A stretch of DNA of 64,000 nucleotides from Octopus sinensis. Lineage: Eukaryota. Both the position numbers and the translations under genes were made by a program. This document shows, piece after piece, positions 15,770 to 28,190 of this stretch. Position 1 is the stretch's first letter. Each line of letters opens with the position of its first letter. The DNA is taken from the NCBI RefSeq assembly GCF_006345805.1, contig NC_043007.1, positions 65,720,001-65,784,000 of the forward strand. Direction: 5' to 3'. The notes below the pieces were generated by a model. It saw nothing but the letters and a program-made list of their open reading frames with translations, was not told the origin of the DNA and searched no databases.

Positions 15770-16029
15770 TATATATGTACATACTTGTAGATATGTATAT
15801 ATATGTGTGTACATATATAGATATATAGACATAAGTGTGTACGCACACACACAGACACATATATATATATGCATACGCACTCATGTACTCGCACACAAAC
15901 AGAGAATCACACAAATATATTTACACATATTATGTTATTATATGTGTGTGTGTATGTGTGTGTGCGTGTGCGTGTATGTGTGTGTGCGTGTGTGTGTGGT
16001 GTGTATGTTTGCTCATGTGTGTGTGGGTA

Positions 16030-16800
16030 TAGTCAATTGCTTTCATAAGTTGTTTGAAAGTTTTTCTCATATAATATGCCTTGAAGTTAGCTCTCATATC
16101 TTGATCCATTGGTCAGAACAAAGGAGCTTTATTGTTGAGGGTATATTCTAATCTCACACCATAAAGGAATATAATTTGAGCTCACTGGCTAGTGTCTAAA
16201 AGGACCAATGCTTTATTGGAAATATACCTGGCACTGTATCTTTCAGCATCAGGACAAAAATAGTTTGTAAGTCATTCGTCGAAAAGGCTTTTAGTCAATG
16301 ATGCCTTTTATTAGACCACCTAATTAAAAGTGAATTAAACCTTGCGTAAAACTTGAAAGCCCTCAAATTTTAAAAGTGATACACGAGTAAAGGCTTTAAT
16401 TGCATATCGCCTGCGATATTTCCTTTCAGAAGGATGAAAATCCTGGCGATGATGTTTCTTCTCACGAAATAAAAGTTCCGGTAGCAATAAATTTTTCCAG
16501 ACATTTAGAATAATTAATAACAGCCTCATTATCAGCAATGGCAATTTGACTAGTAATTTTTATGTTGTGCAAATTCAAGCGCTTCTTGAAACTTGAAAAG
16601 CAGGCTTTACCAGCAAGAAAGGGTTTTCCCTTAGAAGTTTTTCAACAAATCGTCACGCAATCTCCTTGCTATTTTCATTAATTACTTTCATTAATTACTT
16701 CGAGTTTGATCCTCGGACCATACACTGAAGAGCTATCTAATTTTTAAGCATCATGTTAGATGTATAAAAATAAAGATATAAAGTTTGAGTAGTTAACGGA
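16030..16800 (-). pseudogene. pogo/Tigger-family transposase relic (CENP-B-type HTH + DDE_1)
   Basis: Broken frames give LSVWSEDQTRK, FLAGKACFSSFKKRLNLHNIKITSQIAIADNEA, SNK..SLTKSLFDE, LVLLD and PMDQDMRANFKAYYMRKTFKQL; many stops/frameshifts; truncated by the 15550-16030 microsatellite. Confidence 0.75.
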
Positions 16801-18533
16801 ATAACTTCATGAGCCCTTGACTTAATTTTCTCTCAATAATCATGTATTGTTTTTATTGTGGACCTTCATCTTTACTGGATGGCTTCTTTCTAGACATCTT
16901 GAAATGTAGATATATCAAGCAGCAATTAATAATCAACTACAACAAACATGTAGTAAAAAATATAGCATCAGAGAAGAACTGTTTTGTGAAAACAGGAAAT
17001 TTTTGGCTTATTTTAAGACTGGAAATGAGAGGATGAAAAGGTGAAAGAGTGAAGTGGATGGAAGTACTGTATGATTATAGTTGAAGTTTTAAGAAGTTCA
17101 TGGGCGCTTCGCCCTTTGCATCTTTGACTTGAATCATAAAAATTCCACCCTACTCACTTCACTCCTTCACGAATACTGACACACCATTGTATTGACCTAC
17201 ATAATATGCAGGTACAGGCATTGCTATCATGCTATGACTTATTGCTGTTGGTCTTTCAAAAGTTGTTGGACGGTATTGGTGGTGGTATTGGTTGTAGTGA
17301 ATTGGGCGTTGGTGATAATGGTGATTGTGATGGTTGGGATATAGTTGGTAGGGGAGGGATCATATTGCTATTGTTAGCTGCATCGTTCTTACTGATTAGT
17401 TTCAAATCAATTTGTATTGCCTTTTAGTAACCATCTTTCACTTCAGATGGAGCTGCTTATCTTGTTCATATTGTTGCTGTGGTTCATATTATTGTTGGGT
17501 TTTAAGGTTGGTAATAGTGGTGGTTGTATTGATTGTGATGTAGACGCTGATTGTGTTGGTATTGGTAATAGATAGCAGTACATTGATGCTCATCGTGGGA
17601 AAAGAAAATATCCACAAACATACAAAAAAATTCGCGTTCAACCTAACACTCGGTAAATGTTTATAGTGAGACAAACACAAATACATATAGACACACACAT
17701 ACACACGCACGCATACACATAAGTGCGCGTACACACATACGTGCGCGTACACACATACGTGAGCGTACACACACGCACTCACACACTCACGTGCGTGAAT
17801 GCTTTAATATGTGATTATAGATTTTCAGACTGTTACCTACTTCGTTGTTAGTTAAGAGATCGAGAAGCCGCTTTTTCGGAGAAGAAAGTGTATATTTAAA
17901 ATTTTTTCAAACTTATTCAACTTTCAGTAAAAGGTGATATTACAAAGCGAATCTTAAAATTAATGTTTCAACTACAAAAATTCCATAAGCAAGAAATCTC
18001 GTAACCTGAAGTAGCTGTAATGCAGAAGAATACCTGTATATAGATTTATACATCATGCGCGCATATATACATAACGCTCACCCATTTATGATACACCTAG
18101 TTGAACTCACCTCATTCTATTTTCTTTAAATTGCTTTAAAATACCATCCATCCACAGATTGGGCAGCAAGCGAACATGTTAGATAACAGTAGCTTCCATG
18201 TGTCATGTTCTCGCAGGCTACCAGGCTTCTATATTTGATGAGATCTTGATTTCCCATGGCTGTGAATTTGGTGAAAACGTAATAAATCAAAGAAGGTAAT
18301 TTGATATGCAGCTATCTAAAGTGCTACTTTCATAAATATATGTGTTGGAAACTCTGAGATGGCCGAGGACTAACTGTTCCATTATTCCATTAATTAGTTG
18401 ATTGAATAATTAATAGATTATGCATACGAAACACTGTATAGAGAGGAAACAGTTCATCTAGCCATTTAAAACGTTCGTAACATTGAATAAACTTGTGTTA
18501 ACATATTTCTTACCTGCTATATGTATGTATATG

Positions 18534-18590
<57 letters not shown>

Positions 18591-18686
18591 GCACACTAGG
18601 CACAACAACAACACGAACTTCCAACCTGTTGTCTCTTGAGGTCTCTGTACAAATATAAAGCAATCCAGTAGTTCAGAGGTGATATA

Positions 18687-19970
18687 CGAGGGACGTTCAA
18701 TAAGTAAGTCTCTGACCCACTTGCAGTTGTTTGATCTAGCTGGAATTTTGCATGTGCAATTATTTATATCTCTATAGAGTAAGTGGCAAATTACAGCTCT
18801 GAATTAGTTTTGGTTTCTGATTTACAGGTGTTTGAACCAAGTCAAGTGTGAAATGGAGCCTGTTGAGTGTCGAGCAGTGATCCGGTTTTTGTATTTGAAA
18901 GGACGCACACCACGGGAGGCTTTTGATGAAATGAAAGTAACTTATGGTGATGATGCCCCATCATATGGCCTTGTAAAACACTGGCATCGTGAATTCAAAC
19001 ATGGTCGGAACTCTGTGGAAACAGCTCTCAGATCTGGTCGCCCCCTTCTGCCATTGATGAGGCATCTGTCCGTCAAGTTGAGGCTGCCATTTTGCAAGAT
19101 CGACGCATAATTATTCGCCAAATAGCCCATGAGGTCAAGATTAGTACCGGCTCTGTGGAAACTATCATTCATGACCATTTGCATATGCAAAAGGTGTCTG
19201 CCAGATGGATTCCCAGGTTGCTCACGCCTTTCCAGAAGCAAGAACGCGTCGAGTGCTCGAGGATGAATTTGGAGATGTGCCAAGAAGATGAGTCAAAATT
19301 TTTCAAAAGACTGATTACACAGGATGAAACCTGGGTCCATCACGATGATCCAGAGACCAAATCCCAGTCAATCAGTGGAAGCACCGTGACTCACCCCCTC
19401 CAAAGAAGGCAAGGGTGCAGCCCTCCGCTGGCAAGGTCGTGCTCACAGTCTTCTGGGACCAGGACGGAGTAGTGATGACAGATTTCCTGGCAAAGGGTAC
19501 CACAATTGCAGGAGCCTATTATGCTTCACTTTTGAGGAAATTAAGAGAAGTTATCAAAATCAAGAGGCGGGGCAAGATCAGCAAAGGTATCCTCCTCCTG
19601 CAGGACAACGCTCCGGTCCACAACTCGCTTGTCGCCAGATCAGAAGCACAGGCGTATGGCTATGAACTCCTCCCCCCCTACTTTCCTGACCAGGCACCCT
19701 CTGATTTTCACCTCTTCCCAATCATGAAGTTGTTTTTGAAAGGAAAGCGTTTCCCAGATGATGCAGCCTTGATTTCTGAAGTCACGTTGAGGTTGGAGGA
19801 CCAAGCTGGGTTCTTCTACAAAAACGGTCTCCAGAGCCGCATCAAACGATGGGAGAAATGCGTAACTCTGGGTGGTTCCTATGTAGAAAAAGACTAATAA
19901 CTGTGCCAAGTTTCGTTGCTCTACTGCTATGGGAAGTGGGTCAGGGGCATTACTTATTGAACGCCCCTCG
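18687..19970 (+). mobile_element. Full-length mariner transposon, inactive (probably irritans subfamily)
   Basis: TIRs cgagggacgttcaataagtaa / ttacttattgaacgcccctcg, TA on both sides, 1284 bp. Confidence 0.95.
18853..19897 (+). pseudogene. Mariner DD34D-type transposase, frameshifted
   Basis: MEPVECRAVIRFL.., WIPRLLT, ITQDETW, LLQDNAPVH, YFPDQAPSDFHLF; two frameshifts; second-to-third D spacing is 32 (two-codon loss in the HPPYSPDL motif). Confidence 0.92.
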
Positions 19971-20538
19971 TAGAAATGTTTATTTATTCCTAAGTTTATA
20001 GGTCCGCTGTTGGCGTAAATAGGTAATGAAATGTTTTTCTCTTCTAAAATATTGTTCCTCACATTGGTGTATTTAAGGTGTTTTCATGCTTCTAACCTGT
20101 TGTTGATGCGGGTAGTCTGAATTTTAATAAATATTTGTGGAAACATTGGAATATATAAAAAATATCCGTGTATGGAAGAAATTATTTGAAGCTTTGACGC
20201 TGTTCAAAAATATCCCTTTTTTTCTGCTGTACATAACTAACAGCATTTTATACCAATGATATACGCTTTTCTTTATTTTCGGGTTTTCAATATAATATGA
20301 TACGTACTGAATGGTTTTTTTCTTTTAGCCAATGAACACTGCCATTGCTATTGTTATCAAGGAATCAGTATGGTTTGCCATTGCTATTGTCATCAAGGAA
20401 TCAGTATGGTTTGCGTATCTAATTTTTCTGCCATTTCTGCGTAACTGATGGTGTAAATAATTTCATTGCTTTCACCTATTATTTTCGGTGCATATATTGT
20501 CGAATCTCCCACTCTTTGACCTAGTAGCTTAGCCAGAG

Positions 20539-20584
<46 letters not shown>

Positions 20585-20850
20585 GGAGAGAGATGGAGTG
20601 AGAGAGAAGGAGGAAGAGAGAGAGAAAGTGAGGAAGGGAGGGGGAGGGGAGGGAGAGAGCTGCATCAGAACATGGATGGTACTCATTTTCATCTAAGATG
20701 ATTCGTGAAATGAAAGGATTTGCTCTAGGACACAACGAACCGCCTGGTCCAGAAATTGAACTCTTCTAATAATCATAAGTTAAATACCCCAACCACTACA
20801 CCACGCAGTTTCATTTATCGTACACGCTCATAAGCATGTGCATGTATATA

Positions 20851-20886
<36 letters not shown>

Positions 20887-21373
20887 CATTATATTAAGGG
20901 GTATTACTACACGTAAATGCCTCACACTGTAATGAGACTCTAAAGTCAAACTACACGGCACCGAAAGCGGGGGAGTGCAACTTGGAAGCCACCTCTTAAA
21001 AACAGATTTAGTCGCAAATCATTAATGATTTCAGGATTAGGGTACATAGTACACTCTCCAGTCATCAGTGCAAACATAATCCGAACACATAAATATGAAT
21101 ATCTGTACATACCAAGCGAGCTGCAAACGTATCCAACATAGCATATACAAGTGCTCACACTTATATATCCATGTGGAAGGCGGGTTTTTCAAATTACATC
21201 TCTGTACACATGTATAGTCGGAATAATTCAGCACTGAATATATTCCGGTTTAATTTTAAATAATATATAAGGATAAAATCTATATAAGAATTTATCAAGA
21301 AGCCAGCGTGAAAAACCAGTTCAGGAAAAAATTAATGCATAGTATATAATTTTTCCCCTTTAAATATAAATAC

Positions 21374-21760
21374 ACTAGCAGTGTCGCCCGGCGTTGCTCG
21401 GGTTTGTAAGGGAAATAACTATAAAGCATTTTTAAATAGTTATAGCCAAAATATAGCAAAAAAATGGGAAAAAAATGATGGTAAATTTTGTTTGAGAGTT
21501 AAAAAGGTGGAGTTGCGTCCCCTAGACAGTCTGTGGTTTGTGTTTCTGATTGTCGACCCCATGTCGAATTTATCGATTTTTTTTCAGAACTGGGGGAACT
21601 TTTCAAAATTTTCGCTGCGTTAGTTTTGAATTATGACATTGGGCTATGTGTGTGTCAAGTTTCATCAGAATCGATTGAAAGCCGTGGTCAGAGTGAGGGT
21701 ACAACCAAACCGACACACAGAAACACACACAGACAAACTGCCGTTTATATAGAGAGAGAT
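21374..21760 (+). mobile_element. Non-autonomous Helitron/Helentron-like element (Lep1/DINE-1-like layout)
   Basis: Starts actagcagtgtcgcccggcgttgctcggg, contains aagtttcatcagaatcg.ttgaaagccgtgg, short (CA)-rich tract, ends tttatatagagagagat; highly similar copy at 61128-61512. Confidence 0.65.
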
Positions 21761-22081
21761 TCATTATATTAAGGGTTATTACTACACGTAAATGCTGTAA
21801 TGGGTCTCTGAAGTCAAACTACTTTAATAAATATACACGGCACCGAAAGCGGGGAAATGTAACTTGGAAGCTACCTCTTAATGAATGTATTTATATTTAA
21901 AGGGACATATTATATATTTTGAATTAATTTTTCCTGAACTGGTTTTTCACGCTGGATACTTGATAAATTCTTATAGATTTTATCCTTATATATACATGCC
22001 TTCGTTATAAGATCCTAAATCAGAAGAGCATACCCTATAAAATATACAGCAGTTGTTTATTTTTGCATGTGTAACGTAACA

Positions 22082-22145
22082 GTTTAGAAAAAACCATTAG
22101 TTTCATATCTAGCGTGAACTAGACATATCTTCAGTTTCTCTAAAC
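22082..22145 (-). ncRNA. Type I hammerhead ribozyme in the 3' region of the PLE
   Basis: GUUUAGAgAAA-CUGAAGA-U-AUGUCUAG(uucacg)CUAGAUAU-GAAA-CUAAUGG-UU-UUUUCUAAAC; 10-bp stem I with one bulge, 8-bp stem II; ~145 nt past the PLE stop, same strand. Confidence 0.7.
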
Positions 22146-22288
22146 GATAACTGTTCTCCGCAAAGAATGTTTTTTCTTTAAACACAAGAACGCCGGTGAT
22201 AGTTCAAAAATATTTCTCTTTAAAATTATGGCCGGGCGAGTTGTCTTCCTTCGCTTAATAGCTACGTTTTCCAATTTTGAAGTAAAAC

Positions 22289-23595
22289 TTACCGGAAATA
22301 TGGACAACTCCCCAATGCTTCCGTTCTGGAGTTCAGGTAGCCTCCTGGCTCATGTGAGTCCATAAGGATTATATATCTTTCTGCCATACACAATTTACAT
22401 AGTCTTCTTCCATTGCGATAGGGTCCACAAGTTTCCAGTAATTTCCACCTGATGTTAAAGAGCGTATGATCATTCTTTAGGCTCCATACGTAAGCTGCGC
22501 ATGATATTATGTGGTTGTTCAGGCGAATTTTAAATTTGGATTCACAAGATCCGAAATAAATTTTAGTAGATGTCTCTGTGTTGGCATTGACGTAACTGAT
22601 ATTTGTGCTGCTTTTGTTTGAGGCTACCTTTGCTTGGTACACTGTAGCCTCGGTGTTACATCGGCCGTCCACTGGGCATTCATTTCTAATCCTGCATGAA
22701 CAACCTGCCTCTGTCCATGGTTTTGGAGTGGTAAGTAATTTTTTCTTAACATTGGGTGCACAACTGAAAGAGATTCTTGAATTATGTCTGTTAAAGATCT
22801 TTCTATATTTGTGTGGTCACGTGAAATGCTTATCAACCAACCGAAGAAAAATCTTACCTACGCATGTCCGGACGTTTAGGGAGAAGGGATGAGCGAACCA
22901 TAAGGTCTTGCGATGGCGTTTCCTTCTATGGCTACTCACTCCTGGTGTATATACTATATGGTCCTTGAACTCGCAGGCCGCAAGCGCCTCATTGTAAGCA
23001 GAATCCGCTGCGTTGAAGATAAGATCGAAATCCGTTTACTGACACCTTTTATTAGGTTTTTGAGCATTATGAGTGGGTGGCAGGAGGCTGTATTAATGTA
23101 TGATAGCCTATCATTCAGTTTGCGGTATGGTCTGTAGGTGCCACTATCTAAATCAAGCGTGACATCCAAGAAGTTCACCTCGGTGAAGTTAGTCTCTATG
23201 GTGATTTTAAGGCCAAAGTTGTTGAGGCTGTGTATGATGTCTTTTCTAAGCCTATCTAAAAGTATGGCCGTTAGCGCCTCTGAAGATGGCTAAGGCATCA
23301 TCTCCATATAAACCGAAGTGGACAGAGAGGAATTTATTACCCAGGGAGTCCAGAATGTAAAACCCTATAAGGTCGCAAATATCAGCGCTGTCGTACGCTC
23401 CCATCGCGACATCGAAGGGGCCTTTAAGGTCAGCTCGTTTGACCCAGGCTGAATCCTGGCTGAACAGTAGCCTTTTCCTAGTGTGCATAATTATATCTAT
23501 ATCTCTATCACTTATGTCGGTAATTCATCTAGCATATACTAATGCCCTATCAAGTAACATTTTCTATATCGATGGATAAAAGTCTACTATATAGA
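22289..23595 (-). mobile_element. Penelope-like element (Neptune-like), 5'-truncated and decayed: RT + GIY-YIG endonuclease
   Basis: VDFYPSI (motif A), FDVAMGAYDSADICDLIG, GLYGDDAL, NFLDVTLDL..YRPYRK, then MDGRC..VYQAKV..YFGSCESKFKIRLNNH..CKLCMAE..LNSRTE..SCPY. Confidence 0.92.
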
Positions 23596-23672
23596 GATGA
23601 TGCCTTTGCCATCTCCAGAGGCGCTAACGGCCATACATTAGGTAGGCTTAGAAAATACATCATACGCACATC
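23590..23672 (+). mobile_element. Inverted duplicate of the PLE RT motif-C segment at the 5' truncation point
   Basis: tatagagatgatgcctttgccatctccagaggcgctaacggccatac.. is the reverse complement of ~23228-23312 and reads YRDDA. Confidence 0.85.
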
Positions 23673-24115
23673 ATTTATTTGTGTCAACTTGAAACTTTAG
23701 CTAAAGACGCTTTCTTAACATAGCACATTTTGGTAGCAAACCTAAAACTTTATGATTACGGAGCAAGCTTCTTAACCAGTCGGCTTTGTCTGTGCGTATA
23801 CCCAGACTTGTATGCGCACGTGTACATCCATAGATGTATGCGCAAACACACGCATTCATTCACCCCGACATACGGATACATGCATTCATAGCATTAATTC
23901 CATTTCTCCCTCCGTTCTCCTGACATTTTACAAAGTTCTGATTTAATATATAATTTCAAAAGTTCCCAACAACGACAAACAGAGATCTTATCAAACTGTC
24001 GACCATCAGTGACAATTTTCACACAACGCACATAAAAATATTTGTTTTTCTAAAGAAAAAGCCGAAAAATCTGTTTCACATGCATTCCAATTAAATCATG
24101 AATCCGCCAAATGGC

Positions 24116-24119
<4 letters not shown>

Positions 24120-24176
<57 letters not shown>

Positions 24177-24212
24177 CAATAACAACAACAACAACAACAA
24201 CAGCAACAACAA
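24120..24212. repeat. (AAT)n-(AAC)n microsatellite
   Basis: Direct reading. Confidence 0.95.
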
Positions 24213-25022
24213 TATTTTAGCATAGGGACAATGTTTGTCCGAGTCTGTTGGGGATGGGTAATGGCATATTAATTAATGGACGAATGTTGACCTCATGTAC
24301 AAAGCACACAGATACACACATAAATACGTTCATAAATATATAGCAAGCATTGAGGCAGCCACATACACACACAGAGAGCCAAACACACAGACGTACACAT
24401 GCACAGACGCACACAAACAAGCATGCAGACACACATATACTTTTACATACACACACATACAAAGGTGTATGCAGATATACAGATAGATACACATATACGC
24501 AAATTTATAGAAATACACACACCCACACATATACAGACAGGTAATACAGATACTCATACAGACACTTATGTACAAAAATACGTACAAACAGACACATATA
24601 CATAAAGGCAGACATACAAACATAAACATTTACGCAAATTTAGACATATAGCTATACATAGATGCAGACATACATATACGACCGACGTACAAACACTCAC
24701 ACATACACACAGGCACACGCGCGCGCACATGCACATACGTAGAGAATACATAGGGAGGTGTACACTGGTACACATTCATTGACACACAAGCACATATGGA
24801 CAACTGACAGAGGCAACAATACTGACAATAACAACAACACGGAGAGCAAAGTGAGGCAAATACTGTCAGAAAAACAACTGTAAAACTATCAAAAACAACA
24901 AAAACAACAAAAATAACAAAAACAAGAGCAGTAATTCATTAATTAAAAAAAAGAAAATAGAAAATAAAGAAAATGGGAAAAAAAAAGGTTTTTTTTTAAA
25001 TGGGGGTAGTACCCGCATCTCG

Positions 25023-25036
25023 GTTGCTATGGAAAC
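25023..25036. promoter_or_regulatory. RFX X-box-like motif GTTGCTATGGAAAC
   Basis: Matches the X-box consensus GTTNCYATRGNAAC; no linked gene identified. Confidence 0.35.
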
Positions 25037-25898
25037 AGAATGCAAGCTGAATGATATGGTCCTTCGGTGGAACTATTTTTTGGTTTCTTCTTATTGTTGT
25101 CTGTTGTTCTACAGTGCTGGGTGCATTTGTGTTGTGTGCGTGTGTGTGTATATGAGTGTGGTGCGTGTGTATGTGTGTGTGCGTTTATGCCTGTGTGATT
25201 GTGTGTATGTGTGTAAGTGCGTGTGCGTTTGTGTACGTGTGTGTGTGCATCTTGTTTCTCTGTTCTGTGTCTTGTTTGTTATGTGTCATCTGCAGTGTGT
25301 AGTTGTACATGTTGTTGTGTGTGTGTATGGTCGTATGCTCTCGGTTTTGTGTTGCTTTGTGATAAGTCAGCAATTGTTCTCTATTGTTGTTGTTGTTGCT
25401 GTTGTTAGTCTATTCGGCGGAAAAGTCAGAACGCCCGATAAAGATCATTACAATATTTGTTTCGGCTCTCTACGCTCTTGGGATCGAATCCTGCCGAAGC
25501 CAACTCTATTTTTCATTATTCTTTCGAGGTCCTTAAATGAAATACTAACCAAGCACAGGAATCCCTTTTCTGCCCATCTCTTGGGAATGGGCAACACGAA
25601 TCGCCAAAGCAAGGATATTCACTTCTTACTTCTATCAATCTTGTTACCCTCACTCTATGAATGAGAAAGAAAGAATAAGCAATACAGTGTTGAGCGGAGT
25701 AAAAGCGCGTAGTCTAGAGATTAGAACAGAAGTTCTCAACTATTTTTTTCTCTGGACCCTTTTGATTACTATTTTATTCTGGTGAACCCCCATAGCCATT
25801 CGATGTGTAAAAACTAGTTTTATAGAAACTTTTTTCAAAAGTCCTATTTTGTTTTTCACACATTAACTTGTGTTGGTTTGATTATATAAAATGTTAGA

Positions 25899-26129
25899 AC
25901 CGGCGAGCTGGCAGAAACATTAGCACGCCGGGCGAAATGCGTAGCCGTATTTCGTCTGTCGTTACGTTCCGAGTTCAAATTCCGCCGAGGTCGACTTTGC
26001 TTTTCATCCTTTCGGGATCGATAAATTAAGTACCAGTTACGCACTGAGGTCGATGTAATCGACTTAATCCCTTTGTCTGTCCTTGTTTATCCCCTCCGTG
26101 TTTAGCCCCTTGTGGGTAGTAAAGAAATA
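25899..26129 (+). mobile_element. SINE family A, full length with TSD
   Basis: tatataaaatgttaga at about 25883-25898 and 26130-26145. Confidence 0.88.
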
Positions 26130-26334
26130 TATATAAAATGTTAGAGAAAGAAGCGAAGCTGTTTCATACAAAACATGCCAACACATACACCTAAAGCAAA
26201 GTTTTTTCAGGGGCCCTTAAAATACTATTGCGGATCCCCAATTTATAATTTTATTGCGCGCCCTTTCTTCCGAAAATCTTATAAGGACCCTCAGGGGTCA
26301 TATGGGCCTCGGGTGAGAACCATTGAAATAATAG

Positions 26335-26530
26335 TGTTGTGGTCGCGATCGCAATATCGTGGTTTCGATTCCTGGACCGGGAAGTATCTTGCGTTCTTGA
26401 ACAAAACATTTTATTTCACGTTGTTCCAGTTCGCTCAGTGGTAAATGAGTATCTCTACCACGGACTGGCATCTCCTTCAGTGAGAATGTTATGATCTCGG
26501 CCACTCCTACGCTATGGAAACGAGGTAACT
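26335..26530 (+). mobile_element. Decayed tRNA-derived SINE of a further family
   Basis: B-box ggtttcgattcc followed by ttcttgaacaaaacatt..ccagttcgctcagtggtaaatgagta, a CORE/V-type central motif. Confidence 0.55.
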
Positions 26531-27130
26531 GGCCCCATGAGTTCTAAGACTTCAGGCAGTTATGTCCAAGGGCTGGAACGGAAGTGGATTAATAAAATCA
26601 GTAAAGTGATAAACAAAATGCCATGTGTTTGTTACGTCCTTGTACATTATAACTTCAAGTCCTGCCTTGGTCGACTTTATATTTCTTTCATCCGGGATAA
26701 GAGTGTCGATAAACCAAGTACCAGTAATATCCAGAGGTAGATTTATTTCACTGTGTTTGTCTTTCAAAATTTTTGATTACCTATAAGTGTTCGATACCAA
26801 TATGAAGTAAATATGAGTGATGACCAGTGTGTAGCATTTTATCCCTCTGGGATCTCATCATATCTACCCTTCCATTTTGCTTCTACACCAATGTTTGAGG
26901 AACAGATGAGAGATAAACACCCCTTTTAATAGGTCATAATCCCTTTGCAACTCAAAAAATGTATCACGTTTGGTGAACAATAGCGTTGTTGGTTATAGAT
27001 TCCCAATGGACCAATCAGTGCTTGGCTGCACTTCTGAAAGTAAGCGTGACAAGAGGAGAGTCAGTAAATCGGTGCAAAGGACTTTGTTCTGAAAAGAATT
27101 TAGTTCAAAAGGAACCATTATTTTGGCTAT

Positions 27131-27173
<43 letters not shown>

Positions 27174-27223
27174 ACACACACACACACATACACGCGCACA
27201 CACCCATCCACACACACAAACAT

Positions 27224-27261
<38 letters not shown>

Positions 27262-27479
27262 CACACACAAACACACACACGCACACACACACAAAAGCGT
27301 ATATAAACAAAATCGAACACAAATACACAGGTGAATTGACGAGAGTATATTCTCTTGCGCCTATAATCGCAGCCTGACCACGAACTAGCAAAAGAAATAC
27401 CTTGTGTATGTGTATTCAATATTGTTTATATACCTCAGGTTGCTTCTCCTTCATATTTGAATATATATGTATATATCTT

Positions 27480-27685
27480 TCTATCTTTTTCTTGTTTCAC
27501 TCGTTAGTATGCGGCAATGCTGGGGTGCCGACTTGAAGAATTTTTAGTCGAATGAATAGACGCCAGTAATTATTCTTTGTAAGTCTAGTATGTATTCCAT
27601 ATATATCTTTTGCTGAACCGCTAAGTTACGAGGACGTAAATACACCAACATCGGTTGTCAAGCGATGGTGATGGGACAAACACAG

Positions 27686-27690
<5 letters not shown>
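27480..27690 (-). mobile_element. SINE family B, 3' half
   Basis: Reverse complement of 27990-28190 (cgcttgacaaccgatg..aacttagcggttc.gcaaaaga). Confidence 0.8.
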
Positions 27691-27735
<45 letters not shown>

Positions 27736-27782
27736 CCTTCATTCTTTTGTTGTCTTACCATTTCTATCAATATATATATATG

Positions 27783-28190
27783 AGTGGCTGTGTGGTAAGT
27801 AGCTTGCTAACCAGCCACGTGGGTCCGGGTTCAGTGCCACTGCGTGGTATCTTGGGCAAGTGTCTTCTGCTATAGCCTCGGGCCGACCAATGCCTTGTGA
27901 GTGGATTTGGTAGACGGAAACTGAAAGAAGCCTGTCGTATATATGTATGTATATATATATGTGTATGTGTGTGTATATGTTTGTGCATCGGTGTTTGTCC
28001 CTCTAGCATTGCTTGACAACCGATGCTGGTGTGTTTACGTCCCCGTCACTTAGCGCTTCACCAAAAGAGACCGATAGAATAAGTACTGGGCTTACAAAGA
28101 ATAAGTCCCGGGGTCGATTTGCTCGACTAAAGGCGGTGCTCCAGCATGACCGCATTCAAATGACTGAAACAAGTAAAAGAGTAAAAGAAT
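27783..28190 (+). mobile_element. SINE family B, full length (tRNA head, CORE-like motif, internal microsatellite)
   Basis: gtggctgtgtggtaag..gggttcagtgcc (B-box), cttgggcaagtgtctt (CORE-like), internal (TA/TG)n at ~27938-27985, tail tgactgaaacaagtaaaaga. Other fragments at ~2245, 28205(-), 28830, 46508, 46650(-), 46920(-), 47215, 51060(-), 51370(-), 57170(-), 58540, 60217, 61545. Confidence 0.85.

Noticed and set aside
17200-17600. Pro/Gln/Thr-rich reading frames on the minus strand
   Set aside because: Degenerate CCA/CAA repeats with stops in all frames.
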